Shown one piece after another: positions 26,501-35,909 of a DNA stretch of 64,000 nt. Both the position numbers and the translations under genes were made by a program. Origin of the DNA: Anthoceros angustus. Taxonomy: Eukaryota > Plantae > Anthocerotophyta. The stretch spans positions 1 to 64,000 of the forward strand of contig VJWM01000238.1 in assembly GCA_010909165.1 (NCBI GenBank). The letters run 5' to 3'. Position 1 is the stretch's first letter. Each line of letters begins with the position of its first letter. The notes beneath the pieces were generated by a model. The model saw nothing but the letters and a program-made list of their open reading frames with translations, ran no database searches and had not been told where the DNA came from.

Positions 26501-27594
26501 ACAAGACATACGCCACGTGCCAAGCGTTGAGAGACGCCTCTCCGTGGTGGTCGCGCTAACTCGAGAGTTGCAAAGCTCGGGCCAAGTCTCTATGCGAGTA
26601 GCAAAAGAGGCCGCAACTGTGGTTTCCTGAGGCGTAGCCTTGGATGGACTCGGGGTGGTCCCCATCAAAGCGCGCTGATCCGGCCGCATGTAGCCATGGG
26701 CCGTGGTGGATAGAGTCGTGTGCACGCCTATAGCGGTCTATGGGAAAAGCTTGCTTGAAACGATCTTGGCCAAACGAGTTTGTACAAGGTGTACGGTCGT
26801 TGCAGGCCCTAGCGGTCCATGGGGCAAGCTTGCTTGAAAATATCTTGGCCAAACGAGTCATGTCATTTAAAAAAAAAAAAAAGGATTCCATTGAATAAGC
26901 ACTCACTCTCATAAAGGAGAAGTTTGCAAGTCGGCCATTGTCCCGAGGTCCCATAGTTTACATCGATTTAACGTTGTACTCAGATTAGACCTCTTTCCAA
27001 AGTCTCGCTTTATGTCCATTTACCTAAAGTTATGAACTATATCTTTCTTCTCCAAGTGGGGATGAGATATTTGCATGTAACATAAAAGAGCCTTAGTTTA
27101 AGGTTGGAAGGATATATAATGGACGTTGGAAAAGGGCAAAGCATGCAATGGTGGGGTGGTCATGGGGTCGCACATGGTGGTCAGGTTACCTCACCCACGG
27201 TGGTGTGCTATTTGATCTCACCATGTTCACTGACAAGCTTAAACCCCGAGCGAGTCCTCAAATGAGCGGTGCTGGCTGAGTAATCGAACTAGAGAGGTGC
27301 TTATAGGTTGGCTTAGGAGGAGCTCATAAAAATAACAAATATGTGCTGCCCTTGTATTGTCTTGCATACAAATATGATATGCAATATGGTCCTACCCATT
27401 GCTTTATGTTGAGGTAAAGCTACAAGATTGTATAGAAGGTGAAGTCAGACGCTCACGGACATCAAGCTACCACATTGTCCAAAGCGTGAGCTTCATTGAC
27501 TTGTTCATGCCTTCTTTGTTAGCACAAGGAGCCTCGGGGAGCTTAGTATTGTATGCACAGGTCAGTCAAGCTAGGCTGATGTGAGGCAAGTATT
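17582..27594. repeat. Tandem array of about 1.97 kb units (5 full copies plus about 0.14 kb)
   Basis: The anchor ggacatcaagctaccacattgtcc recurs at about 17587, 19533, 21506, 23490, 25456 and 27457. Each unit has 50-bp subrepeats (aaagtccaaggaat...) and a long A run. Confidence 0.97.
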
Positions 27595-28300
27595 TATGGA
27601 TGATTGTTTGAGACCATACAGGGTCTTAAGCAGCTTCAACACCTTGTCAGGGTTTTTTATGTAGCCTTCTGGCTGACTCATATATATATCTTCCTCTAGA
27701 AGGCCAGAAGGTGCTTTGACATCCGGTGCTTGGTGGACTATCAAGTTGAAGTGGGCAGCAATTGCTAGGAGTATTCTAACAGAGGTTGATTTCACAACAG
27801 GGGCGAAAGTCTCGTTGTAATCTACATCAGGGACTTGACTATACCCCTTGGCTACTAATCTGGCTTTATACCTCCCCACACTGCCATCTGTATTTAAATT
27901 TTTTTTGAACAACCATTTGCAAGCAACAGGCTTGCGACCAGGAGGTAGGTCAACTTGCTTCCATGTCTTGTTTGAATAAGAGAGGAGTATTCAGACTCTA
28001 TGGCCTTTTTCCATTGCTCTGCCTCAGGGCCTTCTATTGCTTCTTTATAGGTAGCAGGTTCATCTAAAGAAGCCACCGGTGATTGAGGACAAAATCTTGA
28101 GAAAGGGAGCAAGAAAGTGACCATACCACGACATAGCTCCGGTTTCCACTCTTCTATGGGACCCATCAAGCCTTGTTGAACGACGAGAGGAGGGGGCTCG
28201 GTTCTGAGATCCGAACTGCTAACTGACCAAGAACTTCCAGAAAGTTCGCAACATCGCTAGGTAATCACCGTGCCAACAAGAAACTGCTGGACATCCAAGT
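27595..28300 (-). mobile_element. Ty1/Copia pol fragment (INT-RT linker and N-terminal RT), truncated by the tandem array
   Basis: EPATYKEAIEGPEAEQWKKAIESEYSSL...RYKARLVAKGYSQ...DYNETFAPV...IYMSQPEG...LYGLKQS. Confidence 0.95.
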
Positions 28301-28334
28301 CTCAGAAAGGCGCAGGTGCTTGAAGACGGTCACG

Positions 28335-28437
28335 TTGAATTGCCGGGTCACCGCTGAATTGCCGGCCGTTGAATTGCCGGGTCAGCCGCTGAATTGTCAC
28401 GTTGAATTGCCGGGTCAGCCGCTGAATTGCCGGGTCG
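28335..28437. repeat. About 20 bp minisatellite (gaattgccgggtcagccgct)
   Basis: About 5 imperfect tandem copies. Confidence 0.8.
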
Positions 28438-28459
28438 TACGCCCAAAGATTGGAAATGG

Positions 28460-28890
28460 AACGAGAAGTCCAAAGAACGGAGAATGCACAACTCCCTAGG
28501 AGGATAGGGGAGTTGGAGGAAGAAATGGCAAAGGAGAAAGGCCGTCATGAGGCAGCAAGATATGTTGGCGGTGAGGGAGCAGATTTCTGATTATGCCCTA
28601 CAAGAGAGATTGATCCGCCAACCGCAGTAATGAGAGGACGGAGAATGTGGTTTCCATGTCAAGACCGTGAGCTGGCCTTGGAGCGAGATGCTTACAAAAG
28701 CAAGTGTGAGCATGGAGTATGGCTTGAGGATTACGAAGAATTGGAGATGGCACAACAACGATTTGCAGCCCATCTTCACAACAAGGTGCTCAAGGCCACT
28801 AACGAGTTGTTGCGACTTGTTGAGAGGAGGATGTTGGGACCTCATGACGATGATAGGGAGGCCTCATGCAAGTCCAACCGGAAGCCTTAG
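28460..28890 (+). pseudogene. Charged, coiled-coil-like ORF remnant, probably retrotransposon accessory sequence
   Basis: RIGELEEEMAKEK...ELALERDAYKSK...YEELEMAQQRF. No domain recognised. Confidence 0.25.
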
Positions 28891-29468
28891 ACTTGGAGAG
28901 TGTCCCAAGCAACATGGTGGAGAAACTGCACTGTGGAGAAGCGAAAAGGGGGAAGCCGCATGGTGGAGAGAATCACCCTGTGAAGGGGTAAGGAAGAAGA
29001 AACCCCGTAGGAACTCCTACCATGGTAGGAGGGGTCCCACCATGGTAGGAGGGAGAAGGTCCTACCATGGTAGGAGGGCCGGAAGAAGCAAATGGATTCA
29101 AAGGTTGCTAACATGGATTTGACGGCAAGGGAGGCGAGTACCTTGGCCCTTGTGAAAGAAGGAAGAGGGGTTGATCTTGCAGAATGGAGCAAGAATCACA
29201 AGGAGAAGACCAACCTCCTAACATGGGTGCAGGAACAAGGGGCTCACTTGCTCCACAAGTGAGAGGAAGAGGAGAAGCTGAGGATCAGCCAGTGGCTAAG
29301 AGAGCCCGGGCTATTTTATTGGAGGAAGGAACTCAAGATAGGCATCAAGATAAGGAAGGGGATTCATAAGAAGTCTGTCGCACGAGGTAAGCACTTGAAT
29401 TCATGTAAGCACTTCCTCGACCAACAACCAAGCGAACAAATCGAATACGCAGATATATAGGTGCAACC

Positions 29469-30044
29469 AAAACAACAGGAGGGAGTAGCTCGCACGTCGT
29501 GGCACAAACACACTCTCCCCACGAGAACAACACGCAAATTCCTCACACATCGCCTTGAGTCATAGCTTTGGCCTCCTCACAACGCCTTGCATTGCATCTA
29601 GAGGACAAGCTATGATCCGAGCTTGTCCTCAATGGAAGGGTCTATATATACTAGACTGCATCGCATATTCCTAAGATATCCTATTGGCATCAAGATATGC
29701 CGAAATATCCTAAGAATACACTATAATATGCAAGGAATATGCCAAAGCATATTACTTGAGCTTATCCACTTAGCTATTGTATCCTAAGAATACACTATAA
29801 TATGCAAGGAATATGCCAAAGCATATTACTTGAGCTTATCCACTTAGCTATTGCTAACCATGTTTAATTAACACTAATCAATGCTTAATTAACATAAGCA
29901 CATTAGATTAATTAACACTAATCAATGCTTAATTAACATAAGCACTTTAGATTAATTAACACTAATTACTTACTTAAAGATAAGTAATTAGATTAATTAA
30001 TGCTAATCAAACACTAAACCCAAGTGCGTAGATTAGTATCACAC
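29469..30044 (-). repeat. Terminal repeat B2 (about 575 bp, LTR-like)
   Basis: Near-identical to 34838-35395, including the internal 73-bp and about 44-bp AT-rich tandem duplications. Confidence 0.9.
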
Positions 30045-30204
30045 GGCATGGCGGTGTGCTAAGCACTTGAATTCATATAAGCACTTCCTCGACCAACAAC
30101 CAAGCAACAAATCGAATACGCAGATATATAGGTGCAACCAATCCCCCGATAATGTGAGACTCTAAGTCAAAACATTATCATTAGTAGGACTACACACGAC
30201 GCAC

Positions 30205-30285
30205 CTCATGTAGCGCATTGTGCACAAAACCAATCTCCTTCGGAATGTCGTCGAGGTTATGAACCTTGTCCATGAGTGGAGGCTT
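30205..30285 (-). pseudogene. PHD-finger C-terminal half (remnant)
   Basis: PPLMDKVHNLDDIPK(G)DWFCAQC with one 1-bp correction. Matches the PHD signature PPL..IP.GDWFC..C. Confidence 0.55.
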
Positions 30286-30369
30286 GTCTTGCATCCTTAT
30301 GGGCTGTCATGTGGACTACTCTCCCCATTGCTCGCCATTTTCTTCTTGCCTCGAGCTGCCTCTCCGCAA

Positions 30370-30512
30370 CACGGTTCATTCTTGATTAGTTCTATGTGGA
30401 ACTTCCCTTTGGTGTACTTCCCCATCTCCGCAAGCGTGAAAGCAAACACATGTCGCGATGCCTCCAACAACTCCTTTAGACGCTGATTGCTCTTCAACTC
30501 GACGTTAACCAC
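30370..30512 (-). pseudogene. N-terminal (pre-RT) segment of Gypsy-type pol, cut by a deletion
   Basis: LKELLEASRHVFAFTLAEMGKYTKGKFHIELIKNEP resembles the L..LL....DVFA.....G......HI.L...P linker that precedes LTR-retrotransposon RT. Confidence 0.7.
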
Positions 30513-30669
30513 TCATGTGGTGGCTCGATGGCTTGCACGCTTCACGTGCTCGCTCTCCTTGCCCTCCAAACTCGCCTTCTCCTGTTGAGATGCGAGTGCC
30601 GAATGTCCTTCACCCACCGAACCCGCCGCTTCAACCCCGCCTTCTCGGTTGGTGTTTACCCGGCTAAAC

Positions 30670-31560
30670 AACCAGTCATCATGTTCACGTCAAATGCTTG
30701 CCCAAGCAATCGACACCGTTCCTTCTCGGTCACTCCGGTGTCTCGTGGCCCCATCAAATCCCATGGCCAACTCCTCTCGTGGTTGGCTCTCCCAAGGCCT
30801 CGCCATGTCTCCCACCACAACGCCGGGCCATGGTTCCAAGGCGTAAGACTTGGACTTAGACACAAAGGTTGGCCAAGCCGCCATGGGGTGTCCAGCGTGT
30901 TCACAGGAAGTGCGGCTTGTCACCTTCTTGATGACTTGTTGGGCATGCCTTCCGATGCTAGCACATCCTTGACAACATGATTAGGTCGCTTGGTGAACGA
31001 CCTCGACACTTCAAATGTTCCAAGGGAGCAAGGTTAGTCCACATGGACCTCAACCTATGAGCCCTCGAACCAAATTGAGTCGCATCCAATAGAAGCTCCC
31101 GACCCAACACTCCTCGGATCGTGGCAAAGTCCTCCCGAACTTGCTTCTTCACGCTCATGCATGCCGGCACATTCTCCAACATGTATCCACAAGGCCTTTC
31201 TTGCCCTTTCGGATCAAGCGCAAGATCCTCATCAGTCATAGAACAATGCCGTGGATCCTTCGACCTTGACCCTTGCCTGCAGAGGATAGTCCTTGACACT
31301 CCCAACTGCGATGACAAGGTCCACCGGTTGCCCAAGACAACTCAAATGGGACAACCCTATCATGCGAACATCCATCGCCTCGGTAACCCTTCACCGACTC
31401 CCACGCCGGAGGTTAGGTACTCCCCATCAAGTCTCTTACGCTCGTGACACAATCCTTGCTTTTGGATCCGGGTCACAATGCACGATCTTCGCACTTTGAT
31501 GCCACACTTTAGCACCGCCCAAGCCGATCGATGCCTCCAAAGAGTTCCACGAGCACTATG
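30670..31560 (-). pseudogene. C5 DNA cytosine methyltransferase domain (DNMT3/retrotransposon-DNMT-like) within pol
   Basis: Motif I IVLVELFGGI (31530-31556); II VHCDPDPKAR; III/IV DVRMI...VDLVIA(G)WECQGLSSAGKG (31293-31304); STALFY; VI GYMLENVP (about 31170); VIII LLLDATQFGSRAHRLRSMWTNL (31032-31090); IX/X ELAMGF...ERCRLLGQAFDV (about 30690). Correct order over about 295 codons, with several frameshifts. Confidence 0.88.
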
Positions 31561-31949
31561 CCGTCTTCCCGAGGTCGCCATGTGATGACCGGGTGTTTAG
31601 GTCACAAACAGGCTCAACCCTAGGCAAGAACTTACAGTAGTTCTCCGGCTCATAGGGCACCGGTCCTCTTGCACCATCCTCCATGCCTTTTGCACGGCTA
31701 TCACTCACCAGCCTCCGAGTGACTTGAAGAACCTCCTCCGAGGGTGGTTGCAACCCTAGCTTGTTTTCCTCCTCCTCGCCGAAATCCTCCATCGTGTCGG
31801 CGTTGTTAGACACACGCCAAGAGGTTCAAGCACGTATGGCGTGTCCTTCACTACGGCGCCAAACACCGGGTAGACGCTGGCAATGAGGTTCTCATGATCC
31901 TTGCCATGCACAGAGGGATGCGGGCAATCCGTTCATCGGCTCAGCTTCT

Positions 31950-32270
31950 CCGGTCGATAGTAGACTGTCTCCGTCCACAAATCCACCATGACTCTGTGTT
32001 TGTACAAAGCGTCCGCTCCCAAAGAAGACATCAAAAGTGTCTCGCATCGTGACCAAGCGGTTACAAGGTGAAGTCTGCTGTGGTTTGAATGAAACCTTCA
32101 GCTTGTACCTTGTCACCCCAACACATGCTCCGTGGTCCCCATGCGTCCGGATCTTCCACTTGGTTTCCTTCAACCTTTCTTGGTGGAGACCCAACGCTTC
32201 CTTCACTCTTCTTCCAACGATCACCGTGTGCTCGTCAATCAACACCTCCTTGGTGCGAATCCATTGATTT
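31950..32270 (-). pseudogene. Retroviral-type aspartic protease remnant
   Basis: INGFAP...VLID at 32233-32260 and a downstream FDVFFG (xDVLLG-like) motif. The catalytic D(S/T)G is disturbed. Confidence 0.6.
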
Positions 32271-32899
32271 CAATGTGCCTCTCCGATTGTTGACCAAAGC
32301 CACTCCCACTGCAAAGATTCCGCTTCCACCGAGATGCTTGGCTCGAGGTCGCAATGACATCATTGCCAATTTGTGGCACATTGTCGACACTTGCTTCGTC
32401 TTCAAGGGTTGTCAACATCCGCCGAGTCAAACCCCGACTTCCTTCACGCTCAACCCCATGTCTTGTAGGTCAAACATGGCATCTCCGAAGCTTTTGTGCC
32501 ATGCCCGCCGCCAATCTGCATGGGTTTCTCCACATCGCCCACTGGACTTTGATGTTGCTCCCACAGCTGTTCTGCTGGCAATGGCTCAAACGACTTTGGC
32601 ATCTTGGCATAGGTTCGGAAGAGGATCCCAAGCTTCCTTCCGTGTCTTCCGTGACCGGTGTCAAGACATCCTCTTCTTCCTCCGAGCTATCTTCTCTCGT
32701 AGGCGGAGGTTTCTTCCCTGCCCTTGGATCCGGGTCACGCCATGTATCCAAGCTTGTGCTCATCTTCTTCGTCCTCGATGATGAACCGCCGCTCTCCTTG
32801 ATCTTCGCCCGCACCAACTTCTCCAGCTTTGCAAGGCGTGCCACGTAGCTGTCCATCGCCTTCTTTGATGCTTCCCGTTTCTTTTGTCCACGGGACTTC

Positions 32900-34042
32900 G
32901 CCTCCTCCACGGCGCCTTTGCTCTTCACCGATTTTGTGGATGAGGTTGACGCAGATGCATTGGCCGGGTTGCTCGATAACCCGTAGGCCGCAATTCGGAT
33001 GCTTCTCCCAACATGCCGCTTCATTGTGCCTGCATTCCACACCTAGGGCATGGCTCCTCACCCTTGACTCCTCCGAATGCATGCTCGCACTCATGAGGGG
33101 AATGGTCCGTCCTCGGCACCTCACGCAGGGCTCGCCACTTGGCCGTGGGCTTGGGCTTGGGCTTCTTCGCCTCCTCCACTCGACCTCCGTCGGCCATGTC
33201 GTCCACCACTCCTACTTGTGTTGGAGTAATCACTTGCAACAAAGACGAGAGAAAGTGTCGGGCCCTATCTTGTCGCCCATCTCGTACACTTCCTTGAGGG
33301 TGTAGTGTTGCCCTTCGCGGTGCACTTGTTGCACCTTCATGCGCAGTGCATATGGCAATGCCTGCAAGTACTGCAATCGGTCACTCATGATCTTGGTGTC
33401 ACGCATAACCGGTCGATTCTTGATAAGCCATCTTCGCAGCCTCGCCGACTTCATCTTGAAGTGTGTCACCGGAGATCTTCTCATCCGTGCTTGCAGGAAC
33501 TCCCGAAGATGTCAAACATCTCTTCGATGGGATCGTGCCCACTCGGCCACCGCCTGTCTCTGACCGTTCCTTCGGAGCTTGAACTGCCACTCACCGGTCC
33601 TCCGCCGCTCAACAACCTCGCCTTGTGCTCGCGATAGCACGCCAATGCTTCATCCCCAAGTACTTGGCATTTGGATGAAGCCGTATCGCTTCGTGTATCC
33701 GGTCTTCAATTCCATCTCCGCACACACCGCACTGCATTTCTCGATGAAGTCCTCCGCAAGGTGCCCGCTCCCGTGAACAACTCCATTCGATCCTTGTCTC
33801 CTCCCATCTTGACGACTCCAAGAGACAAGTCCTCCTCATTGCCGCTCACCGAGTTGTCCGAAGACTAACGTGTCTTGTGTGTTGCCACCAGATCCTTCAA
33901 AGATTGTTGATTGTGTCGCTGGGTTCCTCCGTCCTTCGGTGGTACCAAAATCGAGGTGTTCGCACTTCTCCTCTTGGTCGGGACTTGAATTCGCTCGATG
34001 GACTTGGTTGGTAGCTCCGTCCGGATCGAGTGTGTCCAGCAT
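32900..34042 (-). pseudogene. gag with CCHC zinc knuckle
   Basis: CPRCGMQ(G)HNEAACW at 33011-33050 fits CX2CX4HX4C after one indel correction. Upstream YLQALPYALRMKV is gag-like. Confidence 0.75.
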
Positions 34043-34429
34043 GCACTCCAGGCGGTTAGTGGCTAGATCAAACCCTTAATCAAGGTTAACACCCCGCTAT
34101 CTTAGATCGTGATTAGTGAAACCTCTAAGTATCTATGCATGTTAAAATCGCATAGAAATACTCTGCAGGCTATATCTCAAAAAAATGTGAGCTGGGTGAG
34201 TTGGATAGCAAAGGCATAGGAACTCCAGTTAAGCACCGCGGGTGGATCAGTACCTGGATGGGGTGCCGACAACTAGGAGTTTTGGACAGAAAGTGAAATC
34301 AAATGGACTGATGACATACCCATGTCTATCCGCTTCCCTTATCCCTTGAATCCGGGCCCAAGAGTAAAATACTCTTGTTTCTCCTTGGTTGGTTGGCCTT
34401 AAAAGGCCAGCCCCTGTGGAGGCCTCATT

Positions 34430-34810
34430 CCTCTCCTTGGGCTTCTTCCTTCTTCGCCTCCTCTCTCCTTGGCCTTGAGCTCCTCCTCTCCTTGGCCTTG
34501 GACTTGGGCTTCGCCTCTCCTTGGCCTTGGACTTGGGCTTCTTCGCCTCCTCTCCTTGGCCTTGGACTTGGGCTTCTCCTCCTCCTCCTTGGGCTTCTTC
34601 TCCTCCTCTCCTTGGCCTTGGGCTTGGTCCCTCTAGGCCTCAAGCCTTGGGCACACTTGAGAGTCCCTTGCCTACTTGCTTAAAGAGCGAGCCTCGCCTA
34701 GCATCGCCTAGCACCTAGCATCGCCCAGCATCGCCTAGCCACCTAGCATCGCCTAGCACCTAGCATCGCCCAGCATCGCCTAGCATCGCCTAGCATCGCC
34801 TAGCACGCCT
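34430..34810. repeat. Leader minisatellites (ttggccttggacttgggcttc units; gcctagcatc 10-mers)
   Basis: Visible tandem units between gag and terminal repeat B1. Confidence 0.8.
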
Positions 34811-34837
34811 ATCTAGGTACACACACGAGATCATAGC

Positions 34838-35395
34838 AAACAACAGGAGGAGTAGCTCGCGTGGCACAAACACACTCCCCACGAGAACAACACGCAAATT
34901 CCTCACACATCGCCTCTGAGTCATAGCTTTGGCCTCCTCACAACGCCTTGCATTAGATATCTAGAGGACAAGCTATGATCCGAGCTTGTCCTCAATGGAA
35001 GGGTCTATATATACTAGACCGCATCGATATTCCTAAGATATCCTATTGGCATCGATATGCGAAATATCCTAAGAATACACTATAATATGCAAGGAATATG
35101 CCAAAGCATATTGAGCTTATCCACTTAGCTATTGTATCCTAAGAATACACTATAATATGCAAGGAATATGCCAAAGCATATTACTTGAGCTTATCCACTT
35201 AGCTATTGCTAACCATGTTTAATTAACACTAATCAATGCTTAACATAAGCACATTAGATTAATTAACACTAATCAATGCTTAATTAACATAAGCACTTTA
35301 GATTAATTAACACTAATTACTTACTTAAAGATAAGTAATTAGATTAATTAATGCTAATCAAACACTAAACCCAAGTGCGTAGATTAGTATCACAC
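34838..35395 (-). repeat. Terminal repeat B1 (5' end of the DNMT retroelement)
   Basis: Direct copy of 29469-30044; minus-strand start gtgtgatac. Confidence 0.9.
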
Positions 35396-35909
35396 CAAGA
35401 TGACAAGTCCTTAATTAACTTGAAGACATGGGGCAAGATGCCACTGGGAAGACTTTCTTTAGAGGAGGATGTAGATTAATGCTTGTCACCCAAAGAGGGG
35501 TGTGTTGACTAGCTAGATAGAATGTTGACAGAGCCATTAAGGCTCACATAGGTGAATTTTGCTAGAATAGAATTTTACCTAAGATGCTTGGATGTCGAAC
35601 TTAAATTCACAATAGGATACACTAAAATAAGGGAGGGCACAAGCCTAGAGGGCCAGGAGGCAGGTCAGAGGTGAGTTCTATAAAGGAGGAGCTTGTGAAG
35701 TAAAATTATCGTGTCTTGGCGCCTCCCATCCTCCCGAGTCCTTCGCTTTGTGTGAATTTCGTACAAATGCAAGCACCCAGCGGTTCCGGTAGGAGGGAGA
35801 ACGCAGCACGGAGTGTCAGTGAGGGTTTAAAGGTGTGCGCCGGCTACGCTGTGAATGGGCTTTGTCAATTGTTTTGCTTTGAGTGTGTGGCTTGCCCTAA
35901 GGAACTCTC

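Larger units (their letters stand above)
29376..35395 (-). mobile_element. Internally deleted retrotransposon encoding gag - protease - C5 DNA methyltransferase - (RT start) - PHD-like tail
   Basis: Terminal repeat B at 29469-30044 and 34838-35395; repeat A at 29388-29470 and 30060-30141. Internal domains are listed separately. Confidence 0.8.

Noticed and set aside
30670-31560. Methyltransferase as a bacterial restriction-modification gene or contamination
   Set aside because: It is embedded between retroviral-type protease and pre-RT sequence inside terminal repeats, with no endonuclease partner or operon.
35490-35725. PPT-like aagagggg+TG at about 35493-35502 and PBS-like tggcgcc at 35717 as a further LTR
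   Set aside because: No second copy in the window and no CA end before the putative PBS. It cannot be supported, though not excluded.
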